The notes under the pieces: model-generated | Told to the model about the DNA's origin: nothing | Database searches by the model: none | The model's input: only the letters and a program-made list of their open reading frames with translations | Shown here: positions 25,288 to 38,248 of the stretch, piece by piece | Numbering within the stretch: position 1 is the first letter of the stretch | How the letters are laid out: the number at the start of each line of letters is the position of its first letter | Position numbers and translations under genes: made by a program | Assembly (NCBI GenBank): GCA_043228905.1 | Contig: JBHGNT010000002.1 | Coordinates: forward strand, 4,340,001-4,404,000 | Length of the DNA stretch: 64,000 nt | Origin: Azolla caroliniana | Taxonomy: Eukaryota > Plantae > Polypodiophyta | Direction of reading: 5' to 3'

Positions 25288-25576
25288 ACATTTGCTCAGG
25301 ACGGACGAAACCTCGTAAAAGGATCAAATCCCAAACGTTGGACAACATTATCCATTTGCTCGCTAAACCCTAAACCCTAAACATTAGACGTTTGTTCGGG
25401 ACGGGACCTCTCGAAAGGATCACAGCCCAAACATTGGACAATGCTATCCATCTGCTCCCTAAACCCTAAGCCCTAAACATTGGACGTTTGCTTGGGATGG
25501 ATAGAACCTCTCCAAAAGGATCACATCCCAAACATTGGACGCTGTTACTCATCTGCTCACTGAACCCTAAACCCTG
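25288..25576. repeat. ~100-bp tandem repeat x3 carrying telomere-like CCCTAAA motifs
   Basis: GGATCA recurs at 25321, 25417 and 25518; each unit ends in TAAACCCTAAACCCT-like sequence. Confidence 0.8.
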
Positions 25577-26080
25577 GAAGGAGCGTTTTTGTCGGAGAAG
25601 TGAGAGAGAAGAAAGGGTCCCAGATATCCCGAACACATGGACAAGCACTAGGAGAACACGCACATAGATAGTAGAGTTGTCGATCAAATGTCCCAGGAGA
25701 ACTTACTCATGGGCGGGCACAACCCCCCCCCCCCCCCCCGCCTCGGTCTGATATCTCCGGAGGAACACACGGGCGGACGGACAATTGGGCTGGTTGATCG
25801 GGAATGCCGAAGAACTTACGGACGGACCATTGGGCCGTCCATCCGCAATGGTCTGTCCATCCGAAATCCCGGAAAAGTCACGAACAGACGGGCGGTTGTA
25901 CGGACTCTTCGTGTACAAGTATTGAAGCCAATTAGTATATTCCCCACGGACGGACATACAGAATCTTCGTGTACACGTATTGAAGTCGGATCGGTATATT
26001 CCCCTCTCCGTATTCGTATTTTCCACCCACTAACCCCACAAAAGACCGTATGTGTGCGTATATACGGATCCGTATATACG

Positions 26081-26146
<66 letters not shown>

Positions 26147-26354
26147 CGCTTTCACTGACTGACTGTAGCAGAAGTTCGTTATACTTTAAAAAGACGAGTA
26201 ACTGAATTCTATTCCTGCATCACTCATTCATTCAATCTGAGCTTCTTCTCCTCATATAATCGAATGATGATTCCCTGCAGGATCCACTGAAATCGCCGCC
26301 CTGTTTCAATTCCATTCAATCACAATGATCTCCTCTTAATCGCTTCTCCAATTT

Positions 26355-26574
26355 CCCATTCTGTTAGAAGGATCCGTCTCAAGATCCATTCATTCACTAT
26401 CAGAGCCGTCTGATTTCCTGCACAATCCAATGCAAATAATCACTACCAGCTACCCCACAACCCCATTCTGTTAAAAAGGAATCTGTCTCAAGATCCATTC
26501 ATTCATTCACATCAGAGCGGTCTGATTTTTTTCTGCACAATCCGATGTAATAATCACTACCAGTTACACCACAA
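26355..26574 (+). repeat. ~107-bp tandem duplication in the leader of the GT47 gene
   Basis: CCCATTCTGTT...TAATCACTACCAG.TAC.CCACAA at 26355-26460 and 26462-26574. Confidence 0.8.
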
Positions 26575-26597
26575 TTAACCGAAGAGAAGCTCTAGAT

Positions 26598-28535
26598 ATG
26601 GTGGGAGGCTTGATGAGGATCCATTGCTCTACCAAAGAAGAGTCTGCAGCTTCATCCATGAGAAGGGCCTTCTCTGTGTCTTTCATCATATCTCTGATGG
26701 TCACTTTGATGATCATATACTGGCTGGAGATAGGCTCTTTCCTTCACAATCTCCATCTTCTTCATCATCACACAGGTAACACACACAGCACCATTCATCA
26801 TCATCATCAGAAGGATGTGAAGCAGCTCAATGTACTCTTCCATGGGGAGGTTCATAAAGCTCCCACCTTGGATTCCATCAACAGTAACCCTAATTTTAAT
26901 AACACCTCGGAAGAAATCTCTGGAGAGAATGCTGCAAGACAGATCATGGAGGAGCTGAGAAAGAGTGGATCAATTCACAGAAGAAAGCATTCCTCATTGT
27001 GGTCATCATCATCATTACCATCATCATCATCATCAGAATCAGAATCAGAATCATTATCATTACAATCATCATCATCAGAATCATCATCTTTAACATTATC
27101 ATCATCATCATCATCATCTTTAACATTATCATCATCATCATCATCATCATCATCATCTTTAACATTATCATCACCACCACTATCATCACCATCATCATCA
27201 CCACCATCATCATGCCATGGCAGAAAAGTTTACATCTACAATCTTCCCAACCGATTCAACTCCGATTTGCTTCGCCAGTGCGGATCGTTGATCCCGTGGA
27301 TAGACATGTGCGACTACTTCTCCAACTCGGGGATGGGCCGAGAAGTCGAAGCGGCGCAACACCATGGCCGCATAGTACCATCAGGGCAATGGTACCACAC
27401 CCACCAATATGCACTAGAGATCATCTTTCATGAAAGGTTGAAGCACTACCCTTGCCTGGTCCTAGACCCAGAAGACGCAAACCTCTTCTACATTCCGTAC
27501 TATGGCGGCCTCGACGTGATGAGGTGGCATTTCGTGGAGAATGCGACCAACGAATTGCGGGATCGGCTCGGTCTCCAACTCATGAAGTGGTTGGAAAAGC
27601 AAGATATGTGGCGAAGGAACGGAGGAGCCGACCACGTGCTTGTGCTCGGGAAGATCACATGGGATTTCCGGCGTTTTCCATTGGTTATCACCAAGGCCAA
27701 GACCGAGACCGAGACCGAGACCGAGACCAAGACCAAGACCGAGACAAGGACCAATACCGGGACCAAAGACACCACCATGAGGAGTGATTGGGGAAACCAA
27801 GTGTTGTTGTATGAGGGGATGCAAAATGTCACCAAGCTTTTGATAGAGAGGGACCCTTGGGACACACATGAAATTGGTGTCCCCCACCCAACCTTCTTCC
27901 ACCCTAGGGACGATACGGACATACGGACTTGGCAAGAGCACGTCTCCATGGCCACGAGACGACACCTCGTGAGCTTCGCTGGCCAGCCTCGCCCGAACCA
28001 GAGCGAGAGCATACGGACCCATCTCATCAATCAATGCACCAATGCCTCATCGGGTGTATCTTCGTCGGCATGCTATTTCTTGCATTGTACCGACAACATA
28101 TGCCTTCGGCCCGAGACCACGATGGACTTGTTTATTCACTCGGAGTTTTGTATGCAACCCCCTGGCGATAGCCCAACGAGGCGCTCAATCTTCGAGTCCA
28201 TGATTGGTGGATGTATCCCTGTCTTGTTCAATCCGTATAGTGCGTATTACCAATACCCATGGCATTTGCCCGATGATCCGAGGTCATATTCGATATACTT
28301 CCCCGCAAACGATATAAGGGGAGGCAAGGTTAACGTGGTAGAAGAGCTCCGGAAAATTCCGAAGCATGTGAGGGAGGAGATGAGACATAGACTCATCTAT
28401 GAGATCATGCCTGGATTAGTGTATGCTAAGCCAGATGCAAAGCTTAGGGAGGTAGAAGACGCATTCCTTATCTCTCTTAGGAGCTTGTTTTCTAGAGTCC
28501 ATGAGAGGTTGCATCCAACTTTTGCAAGCTCTTAA
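26598..28535 (+). CDS. XUT1: GT47 (exostosin-family) Golgi glycosyltransferase, xyloglucan galacturonosyltransferase XUT1-like (MUR3/XLT2/XUT1 subgroup)
   Basis: 645-aa intronless ORF: N-terminal TM anchor, His-rich and poly-Ser stem, then C.GRKVYIYNLP.RFN.DLL, WYHTHQYALE, PYYGGLDVMRWHF, DHVLVLGKITWDFRR, FCMQPPGDSPTRRSIFE..GCIPV. The RWHF and GKITWDFRR motifs resemble XUT1 from memory; orthology is not tested. Confidence 0.85.
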   Translation: MVGGLMRIHCSTKEESAASSMRRAFSVSFIISLMVTLMIIYWLEIGSFLHNLHLLHHHTGNTHSTIHHHHQKDVKQLNVLFHGEVHKAPTLDSINSNPNFNNTSEEISGENAARQIMEELRKSGSIHRRKHSSLWSSSSLPSSSSSESESESLSLQSSSSESSSLTLSSSSSSSLTLSSSSSSSSSSLTLSSPPLSSPSSSPPSSCHGRKVYIYNLPNRFNSDLLRQCGSLIPWIDMCDYFSNSGMGREVEAAQHHGRIVPSGQWYHTHQYALEIIFHERLKHYPCLVLDPEDANLFYIPYYGGLDVMRWHFVENATNELRDRLGLQLMKWLEKQDMWRRNGGADHVLVLGKITWDFRRFPLVITKAKTETETETETKTKTETRTNTGTKDTTMRSDWGNQVLLYEGMQNVTKLLIERDPWDTHEIGVPHPTFFHPRDDTDIRTWQEHVSMATRRHLVSFAGQPRPNQSESIRTHLINQCTNASSGVSSSACYFLHCTDNICLRPETTMDLFIHSEFCMQPPGDSPTRRSIFESMIGGCIPVLFNPYSAYYQYPWHLPDDPRSYSIYFPANDIRGGKVNVVEELRKIPKHVREEMRHRLIYEIMPGLVYAKPDAKLREVEDAFLISLRSLFSRVHERLHPTFASS

Positions 28536-28809
28536 GAAAAAGATTGTAATTTTGTGTATACTGTTGTGATTGAGTACATTCTTTCAATAATTTGATTATG
28601 CTTTGATCAATTGTGGCCATATTTCCAATAAATTGGCCTTTCACACTTCCAATAAACCTCATTGTTTTTCAAGTGAGTCTAAGACTTAAATGTTCATGAG
28701 TGGTTGTGTGCTTTTTTAGCATAATTTCTTTTAACCATCTCCTAACAAATGGGTAGTGGGAAAGGCTTCAAAGGCATTAAAGTTGGATACAATATATGCT
28801 TAACATAGC

Positions 28810-28841
<32 letters not shown>

Positions 28842-30535
28842 AAACCTCCAAATCACTGGTTAGTCTTTTCGGGCTAACCTAATGGTGGGTTTGGCATCTA
28901 GCTTAGTGCCATGGTCCGTAAGACCACACAAAATATTCAAAGGATGATTGACAAAACTTTGGACTCTAATGTGGGTTCTTCTTTTTATATGATTTTCAAA
29001 TATTCCAATGGATTCTCTCTCTCAATCAATGATAGAGAGGCTTTTGTTTGGGGGAACATTTGGGGGTTGATTCTTTGACAACAATGCCATACCTTTTGGT
29101 GGTTCTTCGTGTTTGACAATATACTTTTCTCTATGTTCTTTCGTATGATAGTTCATATGAATGAAACACTTTTATTAGCATCCAATATTTAATTGATAAG
29201 AAGTATATGCAATTGGATTGGTATTTCTTAATAAAGGCCTAGATTAATCTAATCTGAAACTATTCTATCAATGGTTTGATATGTTAATGTGATCAATATA
29301 CAGATGCACATGCACTAATGTATTGCTTTCCGATGGACTAGAATATGGTACTGATGCATCATCATATTAATCATCTTTAGTAGTTGAAGCACTTGGTTAA
29401 TGGTTACCTAGACTCTAGCCTATATGCATATGATTGCAATTCATAACAAACTTTCTAGAGGGCTTATGTCATAGACTCATAGCTTGTTGAATTTTTTGAC
29501 ATTCATATGCACAAGATGTTGCACTCTTGGTAAAGCTTGAATAACCAAATTGTTATATCAATAAATTAAGGATACTTATTAAATAACTAATTAATGTATT
29601 TCCAACACACACATACAATATCGCATAAAACATCAATACATACTAGTTCATTTAATATTCAACACTCATTGATATTTCATGTAACTCGACTTTCCCTTCA
29701 ATCATCTCAACTCATTTTGAATCTATGACCTTTTCATTTTAGGAAACAACTCACACCATTTAAGCTATCTCATGTAATGAGGATCTGATAGCTTGAGGAA
29801 GCTATCTCATTTGAAGTATCTTATGCTATTATATTAATTTCAATGTCCTCCTATCTAGCTACCTAATGTAAACTTGACATTCCAACACAATCCTCTCTTC
29901 CTTCACAAACACCACATCACGATTCCATCTACCATCATTAAACCAACATATCCTTTGATACAAATGAGTTTTAATCCTCAACCCCATTGTTGTGATGTGG
30001 CAAATCCAAAGGTAGAAATAGGGAAAAAGGGACAACCACATAAATCTCTATATGTATATGTGGAAACTTGTCGACTTTTTCACTTGTAAGTTAGAAGATG
30101 GAGAATAGTTGTTTTCTCTCTCTAAATACATTTCAATATCAAAAAGTTATTGATCATGCGTTCAAAGGGTTTTGTTTGAGGAGGAGAAAGTGTCTCCCAA
30201 GTAAAGGCGTGGGTAGGGATATGTAAACCATTCTTTTCTAGGATGAGGGAAATACCTGATCCACCCAAGAAATGCTGATTAGTGATGTACAATAAGAGTT
30301 CTTATTAGTTAGACATTCGTTTTGCTAGTTTCTCCCTAACTTTTCTAATATTAACCAACATGTAACAAATGACGTTTTTCAGGGATAGGGGGAGACGACG
30401 AATGTGGACACACCTACACCACTCGACATCTTCCTTGATGAAGCAGAAAACCAAAGAAGAATCAAATGCCCTCGGATGTCAGGTTTCAAAGCAACTTGAC
30501 GTGGTGTAGAAGCAATTACGAAAATAAGGGAACTT

Positions 30536-31572
30536 TGTCGTGAAGATTTTTGGCAATGGTGTGAAAATTGCATGGAATGTACAAAATCGAGTGTGGTTCT
30601 TCACACACAATATGAAACAATAATAGTGAAGATATTATTTTATATTAGTTTAGTATCTTGGTACAAAAAGATGGATGTCTTCAAGAGCTTCCGAATGCAT
30701 TTTACTACATGTGAAACAGACAACTTAATGTCCAGTTATGTGAGTGTAAAGTTTGAGAAGAAGAAGAGGAAAACAAAACTGTGAGATATCCCACATAGAT
30801 AGGACACCATCAGGATTCAAGCTTATATAACTAGAGCCATACGTCTATATGTTTCATTTATGTGTTAGGCACACAAAAATGTTGGGTTGTATAACTTGGA
30901 TGAATGGATGCGGCCAAGTTGTTCAAAATGGTTTTGGAGAACCGGAATCGAACCGAACGGATGATGACGGAACCGGAACCGGAACGAGCGGACGACACCT
31001 GATTGAACTGAACGGCGACGGAACCGCATCGGATTGGATCACCGGGTCGGATGCGAACCGGATAGACGGATTGATCGGATAGGTTGATTGCGACGATTTC
31101 GGTGTGAAATGAGCAAAATCATCTAGACAAAAAAAAACACCTAGTAAAAATTTGTATAAAAAGGGATGCAAGCAAGGCTTGAACCTTGCACCTCCAAGAT
31201 AGGAGGCAATAGCTTACTATTAAGCCAAGTCATTTCTTTAGAAATGTTTTTTTTACCATTATAGTTTCACATGTAAATTCTCATATTAGAGCTTGAATGA
31301 GTGACATGGTTATCATGCATCACATGTAATGCATGAGCGCCAAATGGCAAAGATGTATCACATGCATTCCATGCATTGTATGCATGTCTTACCCTCACAT
31401 GCATCATATGCATGGGGGCATCTATAAAAGAGTGGATGAAAAAGATTAAAGGGAGCTAGGTATGAATCAAAAATTTAAGAAGAAGAAAATTCGTTATCCA
31501 ATTGATGATATATCTTGTTCCTCAAATCTAAAGTCAAGGGTTCAATCTTAATCTCTCTCTCCTATCTTATCT

Positions 31573-31629
<57 letters not shown>

Positions 31630-31742
31630 AATCTATCTTAAATACTTTCTCGCTAAAACTAGTGCAAACTTCGAATCCTTCCGGTCTAGAACCCCGACGG
31701 TTCCGCCTCACGATCCGCACATAGTGATGGATTATCATGACA
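30536..31742 (+). mobile_element. Solo LTR of the G family (non-chromovirus Gypsy)
   Basis: TGTCGTGAAG..TCATGACA; homologous to 41683-42777; flanks ACTT/ATGT (degenerate TSD). Confidence 0.85.
31158..31234 (-). promoter_or_regulatory. tRNA-like A/B-box module with downstream T5, antisense in the solo LTR
   Basis: TGGCTTAATAGTAAGC...GGAGGT-GCAAGG-TTCAAG-CCTTGC then CCCTTTTT. Confidence 0.6.
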
Positions 31743-32100
31743 ATGTGAGCTACACCACATGGAAACCATGGTTTGGGTACCTTCTACATCAGGACCACGT
31801 GTCACACTCACATCGAAACCCTTTGTCCTCCCACTTTTTTTCGAGAGGCTTGGATGGAAATGAAACTAGGCCTAGCACAAAGTCATTTCCTTTATCGAAT
31901 ATGTTACACCATAACACGTTTTGTACAAATACTAGAACTCTTTTAGCTTAAGTTCTATTTTTAATTTGATGATTGGGTAGACACCTTATTTTATTGTACG
32001 CCAATTGTCTTATGGGCCAAATTTTGGCCTTAGAAGATGTTAATATATCTTTCTTTCTTTCAAATGGATTACTCTGCTTATGGTTAGACTACAATGTGTT

Positions 32101-32151
<51 letters not shown>

Positions 32152-32287
32152 GATCTTTTAGGGGGTAAGGATTTATGAGAAGTACAAGTGAGATCATGAG
32201 AACTGCAAGTGAGATCGCCGCTTTCTCAAGCTATTGGATCCTCACTACAATTTTCCGTCTAAACACCAATATCTTGGACATAAATAT

Positions 32288-35200
32288 TGTTGAGAATCAA
32301 GCTCAACTTGGTCTAGTGTGTGAACTCACCTTGAGAGTGAAGAGACACCTCAACGGTAAAGAGTCACCATTATGTCACCACTTTGTATTCTAGCATTTAG
32401 TATGAGTCATAGAATCATATTCTATGACACATAACTTATGAGCTTTCACATTCCCCATGCTCCATGAGGCTTGTAGTTAATGAAGAGAGAGGGTGACTAC
32501 ATAAAGCACCCTCCTCCCACCTTGTATAACGTTGAGTCTTTCTCCTTTGTCAATATACTTTTACATTGCGTATTCCTTGTCTCTCTCTCACTCTCTCATA
32601 CACACACATAACTCATATCTCTTCTGCTTCACAAGAATCCATCTCTTGATTCTTTACATGGTATCAGAGCGATTTGGTAGCTTGATCTTAGCCCATTCGC
32701 CTCATCGTGATCGTGTGTTGTGCTCCACGCCGACGACCAAGAACCGGCTCATCGCTATTGTAGCTTCGCTACATAGCTCGCATTCGAAGAGAGAAGAAGA
32801 AGAAGAAGAATCGACATAATGAATACTCAAATGGGGAGCGCTCTCCCTACCGAGAAGTTGGATCGAAATAACTTCGCATCTTGGGAGTACAAGATGCACC
32901 AATACCTTGTCGGACAAGGCTATTGGAGCTACATCAAAGGAGTGCATGAAGACCAACCCGCCGAAGCGGCTCCCGGATACGTGACATGGGAGCAAGCCGC
33001 AAGCCGCAAGCCGTGTGATGTATTGCTTGGCGACGTGTGTTCACGATCACATGCTCGGCTACATTCGCGAAGCCAAGACGCCGAAGGAAGCGTGGGAAAA
33101 TTTACGAAAGATTTCCGCCGCCAACACGACCGCGAGGAAGCTTCAACTCCGCCAAGAGTTGAACAACATTCAACAAAGGGACATGTCCATCACGACATAC
33201 ACCTTGAAGATCAAGGAGCTTTGCGACTCGCTCGGCTCAATAAGAGTAAGGATAGATGATGATGAGATGGTGCAAATATGCCTCGGTGGCCTCGCACCAC
33301 GGTTCGGCGCGATGCGAATCGCCATTCTAGCATGGGAGAAATCTCCCTCCTTCTTTGAGCTCCAATCAATGCTATTGGTCGAAGAAAACCACGTGTGTAC
33401 AAGGAGCAATGAGTCGGAAGGCCACATGCTCTACACGCACTCTAATGAAGGAAGAGGACGCAGACGAGCGAGAGGCCGATTCGGCCAAGGACAAGGCGGA
33501 CGAGGTCCGACCTACGACAACAACTCCCAATTTCAGCCGCAAAACGGAGGCCAACGAGGAACCTTCGCAAGAAGGGGGAGCTTCCACTCCGGCCCGAGCC
33601 GTCAAAATGCAATCGAATGCGGATATTGTGGAAAGCTCGGCCATCACGAAGAAGAGTGCCGAAAGAAGATGCATGAATCGGCTTCCACAAGCCGACAACT
33701 CACGAATTACGCGCACAATTCTGACTACGAAGAGTATAGCGGAATGTACGGGCATAACTTCGACTATGAAGATCGTGGCAGAATGTATGCACACAACTCC
33801 GACCGTGGCGGAATGTACGGGCACAACTCCGACTACGAAAATCGTGGCGGAATGTATGCGCACAACCCCGACCGTGGCGGAATGTTCATGATGAAACATA
33901 GAGCAAACTCTATGTCGGCCGCTACCTCAACTAGTGCCTCCGGTTCGGAAGACGTATGGTTCGTCGATTTCGGTGCCTCGAACCATATGACATCGCATCA
34001 AGAATGGTTCCGAGAACTTCGAGAGCCGGACCGACCCGGCTATATCGAAACCGGAGACGACACTACGAACCTGATTCGGCACATTGGCAATGTTCCGTTC
34101 GGAAAAGAAGGTAAGCAAAATTACATTAAAAATGTCTTGCATGTACCAACCATTACGAAGAATTTGGTCTCCGTTGGCCAAATTGTAGAGCAAGGGATGC
34201 AAGTTCGATTTAATCAAGGCGGTTGCTTCATCGAAAAAGAGGGCCGACTCATCACACGCGGACGAAGAGAGGGCCGGATGTTCATTCTCGATTCACGCGA
34301 GATGAAATCCGCCATGTTCGCGAAAAACACGAAAGCCGACTTCGACATAGAGCTATGGCATAAGTGAATCGGCCACATCAAGCTCAACAAACTCAAAGCA
34401 ATGAAATCGAAAGGAGTCGTCATTGAACTCCCGACATTCAAAGAGAAGGAGATTGAAGGTGTATGCGAAGCGTGCCAATTCGGCAAGCAACACCGACACC
34501 CATTTCCGAAGGAGCGGATTGTGAGCAAAGGCGTACTCAACGTAATTCATTCCGATGTATGGGGTTCGGCTCAAATGGTGACATTCGGCGGATGCTGATA
34601 TTACGCGCTCTTCATCGACGACTTTTCTAGGCACACTTGGATCTACCCGATGTGGCAAAAGAGCGAAGTGTTCAGACACTTCCAAAATTTCAAGAATGAA
34701 GTCGAGAAAGCCACGGGCCGACATGTACGATGCCTTCGATCGGATGGCGGCAAGGAGTGCTTCTCGGACGATTTCACGACGTATCTCCAAAAGGAAGGAA
34801 TTCGGCGAGAATTCACTTGCCGACACACTCCGCAACAAAATGGAGTAGCCGAGCGTAAAAATCGGCACATCCTCGAAGTAGCGCGGGCCATGATTAACGA
34901 GAAGCATATGCCCAAGTCATATTGGGCCGAAGTGGCAAATACGGTCGTCTACCTAATGAACCGGTGCACAACATTCGGCGTGCACGAGGTCACTCCGCAC
35001 GAAAGATTCTTCGGAAAGAAGCCGAACCTATCACATGTTCGGATATTCGGCTCCATTACGTACGTGCACATCCTCGACGAGAAGCGTCAAAAGCTCGACC
35101 CGAAGTCGAAGAAATGTATCCTCGTAGGATACTCACTGGAGCAAAAGGGGTACAAGTGCTACAACCCTTCAACTCGAAAATCTCGGGTAAGTCGAGATGT

Positions 35201-37485
35201 TGTCTTTGACGAGTCCGCATCCTGGTACGCACCAGAGACAACTTCGACTCCGACCCCGCTCGACCTGGAATCCACTGAACAAGAGATAGAGGATGAAGAT
35301 AACCTTACGCGCATGTTCGAAGAAAGTCCGATCACGACCCGACTGAGCGGACCACAAGAGCCTTTGAGCGATCAAAGCACATCACGGCCTAGCCTGAAGA
35401 TGGACAAAGGCAAGGCGAAAATGGCAGAATATGAAGACGATCGCTTCGACGACGATGAATCGACTCACTCACTCGACAGTGAGTTCGGCGGTTTCGAGGT
35501 ACCAATCGGAGCAAAGAAAGCCCTCATCTCTGCAAATGAAAAGCTCCGCCGATCCACTCGTGAAAAGAACCTTGTAAGCCAATTCGGCTACAACGATTAT
35601 ATGGCGTACCATTACGCCTTTATGATGAAGGTAGCGATAGTACGGGAGCCAGAAACCTTTTCGGAAGCCGCGAAGGACCCGCGATGGATCGAAGCAATGA
35701 ACGAGGAGATGCAGGCACTACGGAAGAACGAGACGTGGGATCTCGTTCCCACCTCACCACACAAAAAGGCGATCGGATGCAGATGGATCTACAAGGTGAA
35801 GTATAACGCCGATGGCTCCGTAAACCGCTACAAAGCGCGACTCGTAGAGAAGGGCTACGCCCAAATGCACGGAGTTGACTACAAGGAGACCTTTGCACTG
35901 GTGGCAAAGATGACAACGGTGCGGACCGTAATTGCGCTTGCCACGGCGAAAGGGTGGCACCTCCATCAAATGGATGTCAAGAATGCCTTTCTGCAAGGCG
36001 AATTAGAAGAGGAGGTGTACATGATCCAACCACCCGGCTTCAACTCGAGCACCCATCCGAAAGCGGTTTGCCGACTCAAGAAGCCACTCTACGGTCTCAA
36101 GCAAGCACCGCGTGCTTGGCATTTGAAGATAACGCAATATCTTCATCAAATCAGCTTCCGTATGTCAAAATCAGACAATTCCCTCTACATACGAAGCGAT
36201 TCCGCAAGTCCTATCGTCATCATCTTATATGTGGATGACCTAGTCATTGGAGGTGAGCATCTCGTCGAAATCAATAAGGTCAAATCCCTCCTTTCCGACA
36301 AGTTCGAGATGATGGATATGAAGGAGCTCCACTACTTCCTCGGCATCGAGGTAATTCGGACTCCGGCCGGAATCATGATCTCTCAACGGCACTACATCCT
36401 CAACTTGTTATACAAGTTTGGGATGGCTGAGTGCAAATCCGTGGCAACCCCGCTCGATCGTAATCTCAAACTAGATGCGAACTCCGGCACCAAAGCGTGT
36501 GAGCTGACTTAGTATCGGCAACTCATCGGGAGTCTCATCTACCTCACGATCACACGACCCGATCTCAGTTATCCGATCGGTCTCCTTAGCCAATTCATGC
36601 AAACACCACGTGATACTCACTTGGATTGCACTAAGCGAGTTCTACGATACGTGAGCGGCATAATGGATTGCGGCATCCTCTACAAAACCGCGATGCCAAT
36701 ACAACTCGAGGGGTACACAGACGCCGATTGGGCTGGCTACAAAGCTGATAGAAGATCAATCCTCCGGATTTGTTTTCTCCCTCGGCAGCGGAGCAATATC
36801 CTAGAGTAGCAAGAAGCAGCCCACTGTCGCTCTTTCGAGTACGGAGGCGGAATACAAGGGCTCAACCGTAGCTGCGTGTGAAGCCGTATGGCTCAAGAGG
36901 ATTTTGAAGGATCTGGGCGTACCCATCAAGGATCCGACTTCCCTTTACTGCGACAACATGAGCAGTATCTGTCTGGCTCAGAACCCGGTGTTCCACGCGC
37001 GGACAAAGCACATCGAAGTGCACTATCACTTCATCCGAGAGCGTGTTCTGGCTGGCGATGTCGACCTACAACACATTAGCACCAATCTTCAAACGGCCGA
37101 CATCTTCACTAAAGCCTTAGGAGCCCACAAGCTATGGCAATTCATGACCGATCTCAGATTGACGATCCCTGATCTGCCAAGCTTGAGGGGGAGTACTGAA
37201 GACACTACGCAATAACGTGTAGATTCCGCAACCACACATTGTAGCAGCAAAGAGCCGATCTACCGCGCAAAGCCGTAAAGAAAGACGCAAGCCGAAGCAC
37301 AGACTTCGCAACTACGCACACAAACTGAAGCACAGACTTCGTAACTACGCACAACGCAAGCTGGAGCACGGATTCCGCAACTCTGCATAAAGCGAGTTGA
37401 CGCGAGTCGACGCGGACTCCCGAACGTGAATTGAAGCGAATTTCGGATACCGTCTAAAACCGACCCGACTTGAGCTTGAGGGGGC
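32288..37485 (+). mobile_element. Ty1/Copia element D (same family as C); 3' LTR deleted
   Basis: 5' LTR 32288-32658; PBS TGGTATCAGAGC 32659-32670; PPT TGAGGGGG ~37477-37484 followed directly by element E. Confidence 0.9.
32819..37215 (+). pseudogene. Copia D gag-pol with frameshifts and stops
   Basis: ORF fragments 32819, 33015, 34650 and 36904 carry gag, CCHC, PR, INT, RT (YVDD) and RNase H motifs. Confidence 0.92.
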
Positions 37486-38248
37486 GTTGGCATCTTGGAT
37501 GTGGCTCAGCAGCTGGTCTCCGACACAGGACGCGAAGCAGTACATCACTCTGCTTGGCGATTGTTCCCACACTGGGAAGTCCTTATGTGCCGCATCAGGT
37601 GCTGTTTCGTTGGCTCCTTCGACGAAATTCTAGTAGCCATGCCCAAGCAGGTATTGGTGCATCTTATACGAACAAGATGCATAGTTGGATCTGTCGAGTT
37701 TCTCCACAGGGAGCGAGCTAGCCATCCCTCTATCCATCACTTCTCTGTTTGCTGTTTTACGACCTGTTAGGGTTAACTTTGCTTTCAAGCGTTTGTCGGC
37801 TGCAGAGGTTCTCAACCCTCATGCTCTGATACCATGTGAACGATCACTTGCAGAAGTGTTAGAAAACAGAGAAGGTAGGGAATACACAGAGTACACGGGA
37901 GAGACAGAGAGAGTAGAACCGCAAAGCTATATTCAAAAATATATAAAACACTCTGTGTATACAACTATGCTCAATAGCATTATTTATACAAGTCCTCGTG
38001 GGACTGACAGAAGTACCGCGTACTTCAATGCTCACACGAGCATCTGACACTTACTATGAGACTATAATTGCCTAGTAGTCTACGCTAATACTAGGCTTCC
38101 GATTACTGATTGGATCTGGCTAACCGGCTCCCCAGCTCACTGGCTCTGTTGCTTGCCGGCTCGGTTGCTCACAGCTTACTGATCCGTCTCGCTTGCCAGC
38201 TCAGGCTTATTCAGCCGATCCAGCTCTAGTTGAGCTTGCCGCTCAACA
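37486..38248 (-). mobile_element. Truncated Copia E (A-related): 5' LTR 37835-38248, PBS, start of gag
   Basis: LTR similar to the A LTR; GCTCTGATACCA 37823-37834; MASSLPVEKLDRSNYAS. Confidence 0.88.

Noticed and set aside
25365-25385. True or interstitial telomere
   Set aside because: Only 2-3 CCCTAAA copies per unit inside a longer repeat
25688-26158. 156-aa ORF and CGGACGG/CCGTCC inverted motifs upstream of the gene
   Set aside because: The ORF runs through poly-C and (CT)n; no clear TIR/TSD pair to define a MITE
26944-27433. Poly-Met and poly-Ile ORFs
   Set aside because: Alternative frames of the (TCA)n poly-Ser tract in the GT47 gene
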